Source of the DNA: Thermoproteota archaeon
Lineage (GTDB): Archaea > Thermoproteota > Bathyarchaeia > Bathyarchaeales > Bathycorpusculaceae
Reading direction: 5' to 3'
DNA length: 64,000 bases
Assembly: GCA_040268405.1 (NCBI GenBank)
Contig: JAWRIR010000142.1
Location: 478-64,477, forward strand
Shown in pieces: positions 20,011-30,050 of the stretch (position 1 is its first letter; every line of letters begins with the position of its first letter). Below the pieces are notes generated by a model. That model saw only the letters and a list, made by a program, of their open reading frames with translations, was not told where the DNA came from and searched no databases. Both the position numbers and the translations under genes were made by a program.

Positions 20011-20406
20011 ATGTCTACTCATAGCAGTTTACGCAAAAGAAAACTTACAGGCGGCAAAAAAAGAGTTTACCGTTCTAAAAAGAAGTACGAAGCAGCAGGT
20101 TACCCAGCTGAAACAACACTCGGTGAACCAAAACGCAAAAGCACAAGAGGCTTAGGCGGCAACATTAAAGTTAAAGCTTTAACAGAAAAATTCGCCTCAG
20201 TAACAGACCAAAAAACAGGTCAAACCCAGAAAGTACAAATTACACGTGTAGTCAGAAACGGCGCAAACGTTGACTACAACCGTAGAGGCGTAATCACCAA
20301 GGGCGCAGAAATTGAAACAACTCTTGGCCACGCAAAAGTAACCAGCAGACCAGGCGCAGACGGAATCATTAACGCTGTCTTGATTGCTGGAAAAGAAAAA
20401 CAATAA
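20011..20406 (+). CDS. rps8e: 30S ribosomal protein S8e
   Basis: RKRKLTGGK, RGLGGNIKV, NVDYNRRGVITKGA, VTSRPGADG. Confidence 0.97.
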   Translation: MSTHSSLRKRKLTGGKKRVYRSKKKYEAAGYPAETTLGEPKRKSTRGLGGNIKVKALTEKFASVTDQKTGQTQKVQITRVVRNGANVDYNRRGVITKGAEIETTLGHAKVTSRPGADGIINAVLIAGKEKQ

Positions 20407-20425
20407 AAAAATATTTTTTAATTTT

Positions 20426-20758
20426 TTATCTTCTATGCCCATGTAGCTGCTGTTTTTGCTGCTCCGCTTGCTGTTGAGCCTTAATTTTAGAAAGCTGCGC
20501 TGCAAGTTTTAGAATAATCTGCTCTTTCGGCTCATTCTTTTCAACAGTAAGCATGCCAACTTTTGCCCATGGAGCTTTAGGGTAACCCGCAGTAGGGTTA
20601 ACATCGTTTTGCAGTCCAAGTTTGTCAGCCGCTTCTTTAATTTCCAAAATTTTAGGGCTAACAACAGCCAAGTTTTTGGGAACCCGCCTGCCCTCGCTTT
20701 TGCTTTTGGCTGCGTCAAAGTAGACGGGCCAAATTATTGCGTTATCAGATTTTCGCAT
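20426..20758 (-). CDS. srp19: Signal recognition particle 19 kDa protein
   Basis: IIWPVYFDA..SKSEGRRVPKNLAV..P. Confidence 0.93.
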   Translation of the reverse strand: MRKSDNAIIWPVYFDAAKSKSEGRRVPKNLAVVSPKILEIKEAADKLGLQNDVNPTAGYPKAPWAKVGMLTVEKNEPKEQIILKLAAQLSKIKAQQQAEQQKQQLHGHRR

Positions 20759-20771
20759 TTACTTTTTCTCC

Positions 20772-22571
20772 TTACTTGTGTGCGTAGTAAGCTACCATTT
20801 TCTGGTTAACAGCATCCACGCGGCTAAAGCCGAACCTTTCAAACTGTATAACCATGTCTGGCTTTAATTTTTTGCATTCACTTTCAGCAAAGCCTTCCAT
20901 TCTTTGGGCGTCTTGCAGTACGATTTCACATGGATACTCTGTGCCTTTGGGAATCCATTGGATGAGTTGTGCCTTGATTTTTCGTACGTCTTCGTAAGAT
21001 TCGCTGGAGAATTTAGCTTCAACCGAGATGAGTTTAGGTTCAACAGCGTCGATTGTTGCTTGTTTGTCAACTTTGGTGATTTCGATGTTGAAGAGTTCCA
21101 TAAGCCTAATAATTTTGCCTTGCTCCATACATATCGCGTCTTTTTTAGAAATCCAAAAGCTTGCTGAAGCATCGTCTCCGCTTGGAGTGATTGTGTATTC
21201 TCGGAAACCGCGTTCAGGCTTTTCAGGATGCAGCGGCAGCTTTGAAGTGAACGCTTTGGGCAATCCAGTGACTTTGAGTTCTATGGGTTCTGAAACAAAG
21301 AAGTACCTGTTGCTTGAAGCGTCTAAGATTTTGCGGTTATGTGCGTACAGGTTTTCCCAGCTTAAAGTGACATCGTTAGCTTTTATGCCAACTTCAACAA
21401 TCATTTTCTTGATAGCTTCGGGGGATATTCCGCGTTTACGGAGAGCTGCAAAAGTGCCAAGGCGTGGGTCGTCGTAACCGGCGTAGGTGCCGTCTTTGAT
21501 GCCTGTAACAATTTTGGATTTGCTTAGGAATGCGCCTGTTATTTTTAGTCTGCCGTAATGGATTGCTTCGGGGTATTCCCAGCCAAGCGCGTTGTACATA
21601 TATTTTTGGCGTATCATGTTGGTGTAATGCTCTTTTCCCCGGATGATGTGGGTCATACCCATTAAGTGGTCATCTATTCCTGCTGCCAAATTGTAAAGTG
21701 GCCAAAGAGTGTATTTGCTTCCTGTGCGTGGATGTGGATACTTTTGGGTGTCAATAATGCGTAAGGCTGGCCAATCGCGCACTGCAGGGTTAGGATGGTC
21801 GAGCTCTGTTTTAACGCGCACGACTGCTTGTCCTTCTTTGTAGCCGCCGGCAAGCATTTTGTGCCAACGTTCAAGCTGCTCTGAGGCTGGTATGTCACGG
21901 CAGGGGCAAGCTTGTCTTGAAAGGGCGATTTTGTGGAAAACTTCCTGTTTACATTCACAAACGTAAGCGGCACCAAGCCCAACCAGGTTCTCTACGTGTT
22001 CGTAGTAGATTGGTAGTCTGTCACTTTGGATGTATTCTTCATCAACTTTGACGCCAAGCCACTGCAGGTCTTTTTTGATGCTCTCGTAAAATTCTAAGCT
22101 TGGTTTTTTGATTTTTGGATCAGTGTCTTCAAAGCGTAGAATGAATTTGCCGTTATACATGCGTGCGTACTCATGGCTTAACACGATTGCTCGGGCGCTG
22201 CCAAGGTGCAGTACGCAGTCAGGGTTTGGCGAGAACCTTGTAACGATTTGTTTGTACTTGTTCGCGTTGGGCAGAGCTGGAAGCTTTTTTTCTTCGGGTT
22301 TTTCTTTCTTTTGAGTTTCAGGCCAATTCTGCTCCACAATAGCCTTCTGCTCAGCCAACGATAAACTGTTAACCTCATTAACTACACTGTTGATTACAAC
22401 GGAAAGCTCCTTAACGTTTGACCGCAGGTCTTGTCTTTCTCCGAGAACTTTGCCAACCATTGCGCCTGCCTGCGCTTTACCATCATGAGAAACCGCGTTA
22501 AGCAACGCCGCCTTCCTAATCAACTCTCTTAAAGCATTATCTTGTTCAAGTGCCAAATCAATTACGCTCAC
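20772..22571 (-). CDS. gltX: Glutamyl-tRNA synthetase (archaeal type)
   Basis: TRFSPNPDCVLHLGS (HIGH-like), LRFEDTDP, IIRGKEH, LSKSK, QFERFGF. Confidence 0.96.
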   Translation of the reverse strand: MSVIDLALEQDNALRELIRKAALLNAVSHDGKAQAGAMVGKVLGERQDLRSNVKELSVVINSVVNEVNSLSLAEQKAIVEQNWPETQKKEKPEEKKLPALPNANKYKQIVTRFSPNPDCVLHLGSARAIVLSHEYARMYNGKFILRFEDTDPKIKKPSLEFYESIKKDLQWLGVKVDEEYIQSDRLPIYYEHVENLVGLGAAYVCECKQEVFHKIALSRQACPCRDIPASEQLERWHKMLAGGYKEGQAVVRVKTELDHPNPAVRDWPALRIIDTQKYPHPRTGSKYTLWPLYNLAAGIDDHLMGMTHIIRGKEHYTNMIRQKYMYNALGWEYPEAIHYGRLKITGAFLSKSKIVTGIKDGTYAGYDDPRLGTFAALRKRGISPEAIKKMIVEVGIKANDVTLSWENLYAHNRKILDASSNRYFFVSEPIELKVTGLPKAFTSKLPLHPEKPERGFREYTITPSGDDASASFWISKKDAICMEQGKIIRLMELFNIEITKVDKQATIDAVEPKLISVEAKFSSESYEDVRKIKAQLIQWIPKGTEYPCEIVLQDAQRMEGFAESECKKLKPDMVIQFERFGFSRVDAVNQKMVAYYAHK

Positions 22572-22578
22572 GTAAATG

Positions 22579-23649
22579 TTACATGTTTCTTTTAATCAAG
22601 AATTCGGCGAACGCTTTTAATTTTTCCTTAGCTTCCGGCGTAGGTAACAAGCGGTCAACCTCGTTCCAGCTGTCAACAACGATTTTTTCAGCAGTCTGCC
22701 TTGTGTGCTCGATGGCGTGGTACTTCTGCATTAACGCTATTGCTTCGTCACGCAGGTTCTGGTCACTTGTGTGCATGTTCAAAATTTCAATAAGCCGCTT
22801 CTTGTCAGCTTCGCTGGCGTTTTCAAGTGTGTAAATAACCATTAAGGTTCGTTTGCCTTCGGTGATGTCTTGTCCGACACCGCCTTTCTTTTTGGCGAAT
22901 TCTTGACCAGTTAAATCTAGAATGTCATCTTGCATCTGGAAAGCCACACCAATACTTTCAGCAAACCTGCCCAATTTCTCTACAAGTTGCTTATCTGCGC
23001 CTGCGAGAACAGCCGCCATTTTTGCCGCCATACGCGCTAAAGTGCCTGTTTTGTAAGCGCACATTTGCAGGTAATCATCTTCACCGATTTTGTCAGCGTT
23101 AGCTAAACCTCGGTGCCAAGCGATATCCATGGCTTGACCCATGCTTAAGTTAATCATTTCTTGAACATAAACTTCGTAAACGCCGCAAAGCACCTCTGCG
23201 GGCAAATCAACTTCTTTAGTCATTAAAGCCAACAGGGGCAAATAGTACATGGCGTTGCCGACGTTAACCGAAATGTCTATTCCGTACAGCTTGTAGCTGC
23301 AGGGTTTTCCCCGTCGCAACTCGGAGCTGTCTTCAATATCGTCGATTACGAGGGTTCCGTTGTGGATTACTTCTGGGATGATTGCGAAGTCTGCGCAGTA
23401 ACCTTGTTTTTTGCCCAAAGCCTCGCAGATGAGCAAGAACAGGGCTGGACGCCAACGTTTTCCTCCACGGTCGAGCATGTCCCAAATGGGGTCAGCTATT
23501 CCTTTATCCATAGTTTCCAGGTTGTAACTGTAAGCTGGCGGGGTGACTTGGAAAAGGATTGAGTCTTTAGTGAATTTACGTGGAATATACTTTTCAATAG
23601 CTTTGTCAATTAACGGCGCTTTTTCTTCAAGGAATTTTTCGATGTCCAA
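22579..23649 (-). CDS. idsA: Polyprenyl (geranylgeranyl) diphosphate synthase
   Basis: GGKRWRP, LVIDDIED..LRRG, KTG, FQMQDDILD motifs. Confidence 0.93.
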   Translation of the reverse strand: MDIEKFLEEKAPLIDKAIEKYIPRKFTKDSILFQVTPPAYSYNLETMDKGIADPIWDMLDRGGKRWRPALFLLICEALGKKQGYCADFAIIPEVIHNGTLVIDDIEDSSELRRGKPCSYKLYGIDISVNVGNAMYYLPLLALMTKEVDLPAEVLCGVYEVYVQEMINLSMGQAMDIAWHRGLANADKIGEDDYLQMCAYKTGTLARMAAKMAAVLAGADKQLVEKLGRFAESIGVAFQMQDDILDLTGQEFAKKKGGVGQDITEGKRTLMVIYTLENASEADKKRLIEILNMHTSDQNLRDEAIALMQKYHAIEHTRQTAEKIVVDSWNEVDRLLPTPEAKEKLKAFAEFLIKRNM

Positions 23650-23652
23650 GCG

Positions 23653-24738
23653 TTAACATGCTCCTCTAAGTGCGTACCCTTCTATGTTAAATCCTCTTGT
23701 TTTTAACCACTCCGCAGTTTTGCCGCAGATAACCAAGGGAACCTTAGCTAAACCAGCAACATTTTCTGCGCCAACCAAAAACATAACGTTTCTCAATTCA
23801 TTAAGGTATTCTGAAATAACCTGCTCAACCATATTGCTGCTTTTAGTTGCTGCTTCCAAAACTGGCTGCGCTATTCCTGCTAAACACGAGTCAAGAGCTA
23901 ACGCCTTTGCAACATCTATTCCTGAACGTACACCGCCAGACGCGATTATCGGCATTTTTGTTGCCTGATACACTTCTGTAACGCTTGCCGCGGTTGGAAT
24001 ACCCCAGTCCCAAAACGCTTTACCCAACGCTTTTTCTCCACGATAATATTCTACTGCCGCGAAACTGGTTCCGCCTACGCCGCCGACGTCAATGGCTTTT
24101 ACGCCTGCATTTTTGAGGGCTTTCGCGTCTCCAGCACAGATGCCTGCGCCAGTTTCTTTAACGATAACTGGTTTGTCAAGCTCGTTTGCGATGTCACAGA
24201 TTTTTGCTAAGACGCCTTTGAAGTTGGTTTGTCCTTCAGGTTGAACAGCTTCTTGCAGGGCGTTTAGGTGGATTGCAACTGCGTCTGCATCTATCATTTC
24301 TACGACTTTTCGGACTTCTTTTATGCCGTAGCCGTGGACAAGTTGGACGCCGCCGATGTTTGCGATTAAAAACGCGTTTGGTGCGGCTTTGCGTGCTACC
24401 GCATAGGTTCTTTCAAGATGATTGTTTTCGACGGCTGCTCTTTGGCTTCCCAAACCCATGCCGAGCCCGAGTTTTTCTACGGCAACGGCGATGTTTTGGT
24501 TAATCTCGATGGCCTCTTCTGTACCGCCGGTCATGGCCTCCACAATTAAGGGGGCTGAAAAAGTTTTGTTTAAAAAAGAAGTTGAAAGGTTTATGTCCTT
24601 TCTGTCTACTTCTGGCAAGGCTCGATGAACAAACCTTATGTCCTCAAACCCTGCTGTAACGTTTTTAGCTTGTGCCTTCTCTTCAAGGCAAATTCTGATA
24701 TGTTCTGCTTTTCTTTTTTCAGTTTTCTGGGCAGCCAT
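23653..24738 (-). CDS. fni: Type 2 isopentenyl-diphosphate delta-isomerase
   Basis: RKAEHI, MTGG, GSQR, HLNALQE..QPEG, VKETG.G, WGIPT, ASGGVRSG. Confidence 0.96.
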   Translation of the reverse strand: MAAQKTEKRKAEHIRICLEEKAQAKNVTAGFEDIRFVHRALPEVDRKDINLSTSFLNKTFSAPLIVEAMTGGTEEAIEINQNIAVAVEKLGLGMGLGSQRAAVENNHLERTYAVARKAAPNAFLIANIGGVQLVHGYGIKEVRKVVEMIDADAVAIHLNALQEAVQPEGQTNFKGVLAKICDIANELDKPVIVKETGAGICAGDAKALKNAGVKAIDVGGVGGTSFAAVEYYRGEKALGKAFWDWGIPTAASVTEVYQATKMPIIASGGVRSGIDVAKALALDSCLAGIAQPVLEAATKSSNMVEQVISEYLNELRNVMFLVGAENVAGLAKVPLVICGKTAEWLKTRGFNIEGYALRGAC

Positions 24739-24739
24739 C

Positions 24740-25558
24740 TTACGTCTTCTCTATTACAGTGCCTAACACGCTTTGGTCTGTTAAGGCTCTGTAAATAGAT
24801 AAGCCTTTTGTGGCTCCTGTAACTGTAACTGGAATTCCTGCTTCCACGACTGGAATGAGTTCAGCGATTTTTCCTGCCATTCCGCCTGTAACGTCGGTTC
24901 CTTGTGCTTTTCCAAGCTTGGGTTGCAAGGCTTTGAGTTCTGCAAGGTTTAGGTGCTTGATTGGTTTGGCTTCTGGATTAGTTTTTGGGTCTGCTTCAAA
25001 GATGCCGTCAGTGTCAACGCCGATTACCACTTTTTCAGCATTGTACTTCAATGCTAAGTAGGCTACAAGTTGGTCGCCGCCAAGTATTGTGAAGCCAAGT
25101 TTTTCGTCCATTACTGCGTCGCCGTACATGACTGGTGTGAAAATCATTTTGCTCATGGCTTTAAGGGCGGTTTCATCAAAGGTTTTGACTTTGCCGTTTT
25201 CTGTTATAATGCAGCATGATGGTGCAACGCTAATGGCTGGAATTTCATGCCAAATCATAGCATCCATAACTAAACCGTTTAGAACGGTCATCATGTGGTG
25301 TGTTTCGGCGAAACCAAACTTTTGTGTTGGGTCTTCTTTGTAACCGTCTTTGATGCCGTATTTAGCTGCGGTTGGGTGACCGAAACTGCCGCCTCCGTGA
25401 ACCACAATCAGGTTGTCAAGGTCTGCGCGTTTGATTTCTTCAGCTAAGCGGTTGATTATTTGAGTATTCGGACTTGCCTCCGCGGTTTTGTCGGTGATGG
25501 CTGAACCGCCGAGTTTCAGGATGATGGGTCGTGCATCGTTCATTGTAATCATTACCAT
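24740..25558 (-). CDS. ipk: Isopentenyl phosphate kinase
   Basis: LKLGGSAITDK, VHGGGSFGH, DVTGGMAGK; located in the mevalonate cluster. Confidence 0.92.
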   Translation of the reverse strand: MVMITMNDARPIILKLGGSAITDKTAEASPNTQIINRLAEEIKRADLDNLIVVHGGGSFGHPTAAKYGIKDGYKEDPTQKFGFAETHHMMTVLNGLVMDAMIWHEIPAISVAPSCCIITENGKVKTFDETALKAMSKMIFTPVMYGDAVMDEKLGFTILGGDQLVAYLALKYNAEKVVIGVDTDGIFEADPKTNPEAKPIKHLNLAELKALQPKLGKAQGTDVTGGMAGKIAELIPVVEAGIPVTVTGATKGLSIYRALTDQSVLGTVIEKT

Positions 25559-25715
25559 GATATCTAAATTCAGGACACTTAATTAACTTAATCAATTTTA
25601 CAGTAGCCACCACACGGCTGTAGGCTGTGTTAACTCTTTTCTAATCCAAACTGGCAACCAAAATCAATATTTCGGCTAATCAACGGTTATAAGCCCTCAA
25701 CTGCACCTCAAAAAC

Positions 25716-26303
25716 ATGTTTCAAAGTAACAAGACAAAAGCTGGCTTGATTTTCTTTGTTGGACCAACACAATTTATCCTTGCCGTAATCATTTGTGAGG
25801 CACTTTATCCGGGCTACAATCTTGGTCAACAAGCTATGAGTGACTTAGGCAGTTGGACTTTAGTAGGCAGCGCTGCTGCAATTTTTAACGTATCAACTGT
25901 CCTTCTTGGAATAACGATTGTTGCGGGTGCATTGCTTGTTAGGAAATACTTGAAAGATAGGTTTTTCATTGGATTGTTAATCATTGCTGGTATTGGGAAT
26001 GCGGGTGTAGGTGTAGTTACTGAGGATATTTTTGGTCCAGTGCACCTCATTTTTGCGTTAGCCTTCTTTATTTCATGGGCAGCAGCCGCAATACTTTCCT
26101 TTAAATTTTTGAAATCGCCTTTCTCCTGTGCTTCTGCAGTTTTGGGTGTGTTCTCTCTTGTTGCATTTGTTGTATCGCTTTTAGCGGGAAAACCCGGTTC
26201 TGTTTTCAATATAGGCATAGGGTTTGGGGGAATAGAACGGTTAATAGTTTACCCATTGTTCTTGTGGACAATCGGGTTTGGCGGCTACCTGCTTGCTGAG
26301 TAG
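25716..26303 (+). CDS. DUF998-like membrane protein
   Basis: YPGY...AMSDLG, GVGVVTED..VH, GGIERLIVYP; multi-TM. Confidence 0.75.
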   Translation: MFQSNKTKAGLIFFVGPTQFILAVIICEALYPGYNLGQQAMSDLGSWTLVGSAAAIFNVSTVLLGITIVAGALLVRKYLKDRFFIGLLIIAGIGNAGVGVVTEDIFGPVHLIFALAFFISWAAAAILSFKFLKSPFSCASAVLGVFSLVAFVVSLLAGKPGSVFNIGIGFGGIERLIVYPLFLWTIGFGGYLLAE

Positions 26304-26334
26304 AACAGCAAACATCAATAACACCTTTTTTTAA

Positions 26335-26483
26335 CATACTTTTGGACTGGCTTTCAGCCAATAGGACCTACCCCCCTTAGTGATTTTGGGTTTGCACGGT
26401 GCAGGTAGAGCCTACCCATACTGTTTCTACCTACCCCCTATAGGTTTCAGCATAGATATCCTATTAGGCTCCAAATAGGATTG
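26335..26483 (-). repeat. Dispersed intergenic element, copy D (long form, inverted)
   Basis: Reverse complement CAATCCTATTTGGAGCCTAATAGGATATCTATGCTGAAACCTATAGGGGGTAGGT...CACTAAGGGGGGTAGGTCCTATTGGCTGAAAG. Confidence 0.88.
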
Positions 26484-26534
26484 TAAAGCGAAAGCAAAAA
26501 TAAGCTGCAGGTCACTTTTCATTGGCGATACTTT

Positions 26535-27062
26535 ATGCTTAAAGACTTCAACCTGTTAGCATCCACAGCCCGCGGAAACGAACGCGCCATGGTTAACGAA
26601 ATACTTTTCCTGCTCAAAGACCAGCTTGGCGACCCTGACGCTGCAGCAGTTAAAACCGGCGTACGCGGCATCATTGTTGCAAGAACCAGCCTTGACCCCT
26701 ATGTGGCTGTTGAAAAACTGCGGGAGCTGCTTAGTGAGCGTCCTTACGAATTCCGTTTTGCCTTGCGCATTATTCCAATTGAGCGTGTTGTGCCAACGGA
26801 GCTTGAAGCATTAAAACAGGCGTCACTTGAACTTGCGCAACGTATCGGCGAAAACGAGACATACCGCATCACAATCGAGAAACGCTTCACTACACTTCAT
26901 TCAATGGATATCATTTCGGCTATTGCCAGTGAGATTCAACAAAAAGCAGACATGAAAAACCCAAACAAAATCCTGCTTATCGAAATTATGGGGGCTTTGA
27001 CTGGGCTTTCTTTAGTCAAACCTCATGAAATAATTTCGGTTTTGAAGGAAAAGATGCTTTAA
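26535..27062 (+). CDS. Stand-alone THUMP-domain RNA-binding protein
   Basis: FNLLASTARGNE, RIIPIERVV, YRITIEKR, NPNKILLIEI. Confidence 0.85.
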   Translation: MLKDFNLLASTARGNERAMVNEILFLLKDQLGDPDAAAVKTGVRGIIVARTSLDPYVAVEKLRELLSERPYEFRFALRIIPIERVVPTELEALKQASLELAQRIGENETYRITIEKRFTTLHSMDIISAIASEIQQKADMKNPNKILLIEIMGALTGLSLVKPHEIISVLKEKML

Positions 27063-27622
27063 AGTTCCGTTGCTAACAAGGCAACCTGTTCAACAACTAA
27101 ATCCACAAGAGCACCGCTTTCGTCACGGTTTTTTGCCGTAACTTCAATCATTTTAGGGGTAATGTTGAATGCGCGCACAATTTCTTGGGATTTTTTCGGT
27201 GTCAAATTAAGCACGGCATCGTCTGGTTCGGATTTTAGGTAACCCGATAAGTCTTTGAGGGCAGCCTTAACCAATTCAACATTCTCCCCAATTATTGTTA
27301 CTGCCATCGCGGTCATGCCAGGTTTTATGCCGATTACTTGGATTGCCTTCTGAATTTGGCGTTGCGAAGACGCGTATAGCATGGTTTCCATTGCTAAACT
27401 CTTGGAAAGATTTGTGTGACCTCTAAAAGCTGTCAAAGCATTTAGAACCGCAAAGTAAAGGTGCTCCTGCGTTGCAATTAAGTCTGGGTTAAAGAATTGA
27501 ATCCAAACTTTCTGCTCAGTTTTCCTGTTGGCTTTAAGGTAAGCATCAGCCTGCTCAAAACCCACGTTTCTAAAACCTGTAATTTCAGCGTAGTAGTTGA
27601 ATTCTTCAAAACTGTGCAACAT
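27059..27622 (-). CDS. cgi121: KEOPS complex subunit Cgi121
   Basis: IQFFNPDLIATQEHLYFA...SKSLAMETMLYASSQRQIQKAI...GIK.G. Confidence 0.88.
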   Translation of the reverse strand: MLHSFEEFNYYAEITGFRNVGFEQADAYLKANRKTEQKVWIQFFNPDLIATQEHLYFAVLNALTAFRGHTNLSKSLAMETMLYASSQRQIQKAIQVIGIKPGMTAMAVTIIGENVELVKAALKDLSGYLKSEPDDAVLNLTPKKSQEIVRAFNITPKMIEVTAKNRDESGALVDLVVEQVALLATEL

Positions 27623-28219
27623 CTATGGTTGCTGCTCCTGCAGGGTTTTAAGAATTCTTTCTGTTAACTGTTTGGGTAAGCCAGCTTTTACCAGTTTAGC
27701 AAGTTCCTGGTTTGCGGCGCGTTTGCCTTCTTGTTTTTGAAGGATGTATCGCAGGGTTTCTTTGATTTCCCAAGGAAAAACTATCCAGCGGTCTGCAGTT
27801 TTCTCGTAATAGTCGGGTATGGTTTGGGTTGTTGTTTTAGTGTACAATGTGGCAATTTTTGTTTCTGCGGCGCCTTTTTCGGTGAGGTGCTGTTTTGCAG
27901 TTTTTAAGCTCTGGCCTGAATCGGAGATGTCGTCTACTATTAGGATTTTTTTGCCGGTTACTGGAACATTTAGGGGTTGCTTGAGTAGGGGTTGTATGCT
28001 TGGCTGGGCTATGTCTGCGTAAAATTCGATTCGGATGGTGGCAACTTGTGGGGTTTCAAGTAGGTCAGTTAGGATGCGTGCAGGAATTAATCCGCCTCTG
28101 GCTATGCCAACGATTATGTCGGGTTGGTAGCGGCTTTTGCGGATTTTTTCGGATTGTTCTATTAGCATTTCGTAGATTTGGTTCCATGTTGGGACTTCGT
28201 ATTCTATGGTGGCTGCCAC
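27623..28219 (-). CDS. Purine phosphoribosyltransferase (type I PRT)
   Basis: IVGIARGGLIPA, ILIVDDISDSGQSL, WIVFPWE. Confidence 0.9.
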   Translation of the reverse strand: MAATIEYEVPTWNQIYEMLIEQSEKIRKSRYQPDIIVGIARGGLIPARILTDLLETPQVATIRIEFYADIAQPSIQPLLKQPLNVPVTGKKILIVDDISDSGQSLKTAKQHLTEKGAAETKIATLYTKTTTQTIPDYYEKTADRWIVFPWEIKETLRYILQKQEGKRAANQELAKLVKAGLPKQLTERILKTLQEQQP

Positions 28220-28490
28220 GGGATTGCCTCATATTTGGATGGCGGGGCTGATTATAAAAGGATGTCTTGCTAACACGTTAACCAAAATTTATCACTTCAT
28301 TCACTATTTTTTTTATTAGTCAAAAAAATGGCTTATTCCGTATTTTGTTTGTATGTTTATAAAGGTGAAGGTTATATTTCATTGTCTGGATGAAGGCGTC
28401 TCCAGATATGTGTCGTAAATCGTAATATAGCCTTATATTGGCTAAGGAGATAGCATATAGTAATCAACAAAACAGGTAGTGAATTAAGAC

Positions 28491-28826
28491 ATGAAAAAGA
28501 ATGGAGAAGAGGAGAAGGTAACGCGTGTCCTAACAGACCCCAAGCTTTCAGCAATCAAAGCTATGCTTGAAAAGGATCACGCCATCGATTGTCTGTTACT
28601 GCTTTACATGGACAAGGGTAAATGGAAAGATGCTAAAGACTTTATGAAGTTAAACAAGCTTACGTTAAGCGACGGCACCTTTAGAGCCCGAATGATCGAA
28701 ATTGAAGATTTGGGCTTAGCTAAAAGCGAACGTATTGACCCTTTAAAGAAGTACTACATTAAGACTGAATTAGGCGAGAAAGTCGCGAAGCTTCTGCTCA
28801 AATTCTTTGATGATGTAGAAGCCTAA
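28491..28826 (+). CDS. Winged-helix DNA-binding protein (HxlR/ArsR-like)
   Basis: SDGTFRARMIEIEDLGLAK...YYIKTELGEKVA. Confidence 0.7.
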   Translation: MKKNGEEEKVTRVLTDPKLSAIKAMLEKDHAIDCLLLLYMDKGKWKDAKDFMKLNKLTLSDGTFRARMIEIEDLGLAKSERIDPLKKYYIKTELGEKVAKLLLKFFDDVEA

Positions 28827-29026
28827 TTTCTTTTTATTGTTTTTCCGCTCTACTGTTCAACAGTTTCCTTTTTTGTTCATGGTTTTTTGTTTTTTTGTGT
28901 TTTTTTGATGGGCTTTTTGTAGATGTGTTCTACATACATATAATATGGTGTATTAAGTCATAATATTTAAATCACTGGAGAAGGAACACTAACTTAAAAC
29001 AGAAATTAAGGAGGATAAAAAAACAA

Positions 29027-29503
29027 ATGAACTTTATAAGAAAAATGAGAAAACTCCAACACAACGCAAAAGCCCTCAGCCCAGTGGTAGCCTCAATCAT
29101 CCTAATCGCAGTTACCGTAGCAGTAAGCCTCGCAGTAGCCGTATGGATGGGCGGTTTAACAACCGGATTCATGCAAACCGAACAACTTCAGATAACAAGT
29201 GTGACCATTGATGCGGTTACAGATACTGCAGTGATTTCTGTCTCAAATACTGGAACATCAGCTGTTACAATTAACCAAGTTTTCGTAGGAAGCGCTCAAA
29301 TAACTACAGGTCTGACTTATGCAAACGTAACTGGAAGAACCGGCATGTCTGACACAGGTACTTTATCAGCAAACTCACAAGGATACATTAACATTGGTGC
29401 TTCAGCTGCCCAAGGATTTGTCGCAGGCAACAACTATATGATCAAAGCAATCACTTCAAAAGGAACTACCGTTCAATACTCTGCAGTCGCAGGTCCAACA
29501 TAA
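29027..29503 (+). CDS. Archaellin/type IV pilin-like protein
   Basis: Class III signal peptide KA|LSPVVASIILIAVTVAVSLAVAVW; beta-rich globular domain; A-rich SD region upstream. Confidence 0.9.
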   Translation: MNFIRKMRKLQHNAKALSPVVASIILIAVTVAVSLAVAVWMGGLTTGFMQTEQLQITSVTIDAVTDTAVISVSNTGTSAVTINQVFVGSAQITTGLTYANVTGRTGMSDTGTLSANSQGYINIGASAAQGFVAGNNYMIKAITSKGTTVQYSAVAGPT

Positions 29504-29608
29504 GCTTCCCTATTGTTTAACTTTAGAAAGTTAGGTTAGAACCAGAGTGCAAAAGCACTCTTCATTTTCCCTTTCTCTGTTTCCTCAATTTGGAGGTGCA
29601 ACAAAAAC

Positions 29609-30034
29609 ATGGTAGTCGAAATAAAAGAATACAATTCAGCACAAGAAATAGCAGATACACTCGATAAAGAAATCGCCGACACCAAAAGCACATTAGGCGA
29701 GTACCTGCGTAGGCTAGACGAAATCCGTTCTTTGGCCGAGAAGTCAAAGAAACTTCACGAAGTCGTCCTAAAGCTTGCAGGCAAAAAAACTAACAATGAA
29801 ACTCAAGGCGAAATCGCATTAGGCACAATAAACGTTGTCTTGGATGCTAACCCTTTTCATGAGTTAACCGCCATAGAGTCTGTGGTTCGTAGCCATCAAG
29901 AGCGTCTTTTGGTTTTACAGAAGGCGCGTGAAGCGTTAAAATGGCTTGACCAGTTAGGCGACACTGATGGATTAAAGTATCTGGTAGTTGAAACCGAGGG
30001 TATCCCCGAACGTATACTGTTCAAAATTTACTAA
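29609..30034 (+). CDS. Coiled-coil hypothetical protein
   Basis: Strong SD GGAGGTG; helical, charged sequence. Confidence 0.75.
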   Translation: MVVEIKEYNSAQEIADTLDKEIADTKSTLGEYLRRLDEIRSLAEKSKKLHEVVLKLAGKKTNNETQGEIALGTINVVLDANPFHELTAIESVVRSHQERLLVLQKAREALKWLDQLGDTDGLKYLVVETEGIPERILFKIY

Positions 30035-30050
30035 TCATTTTTTCACTTGA

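Noticed and set aside
20772-25558. ipk-fni-idsA-gltX cluster as novel
   Set aside because: Well-known conserved archaeal arrangement.
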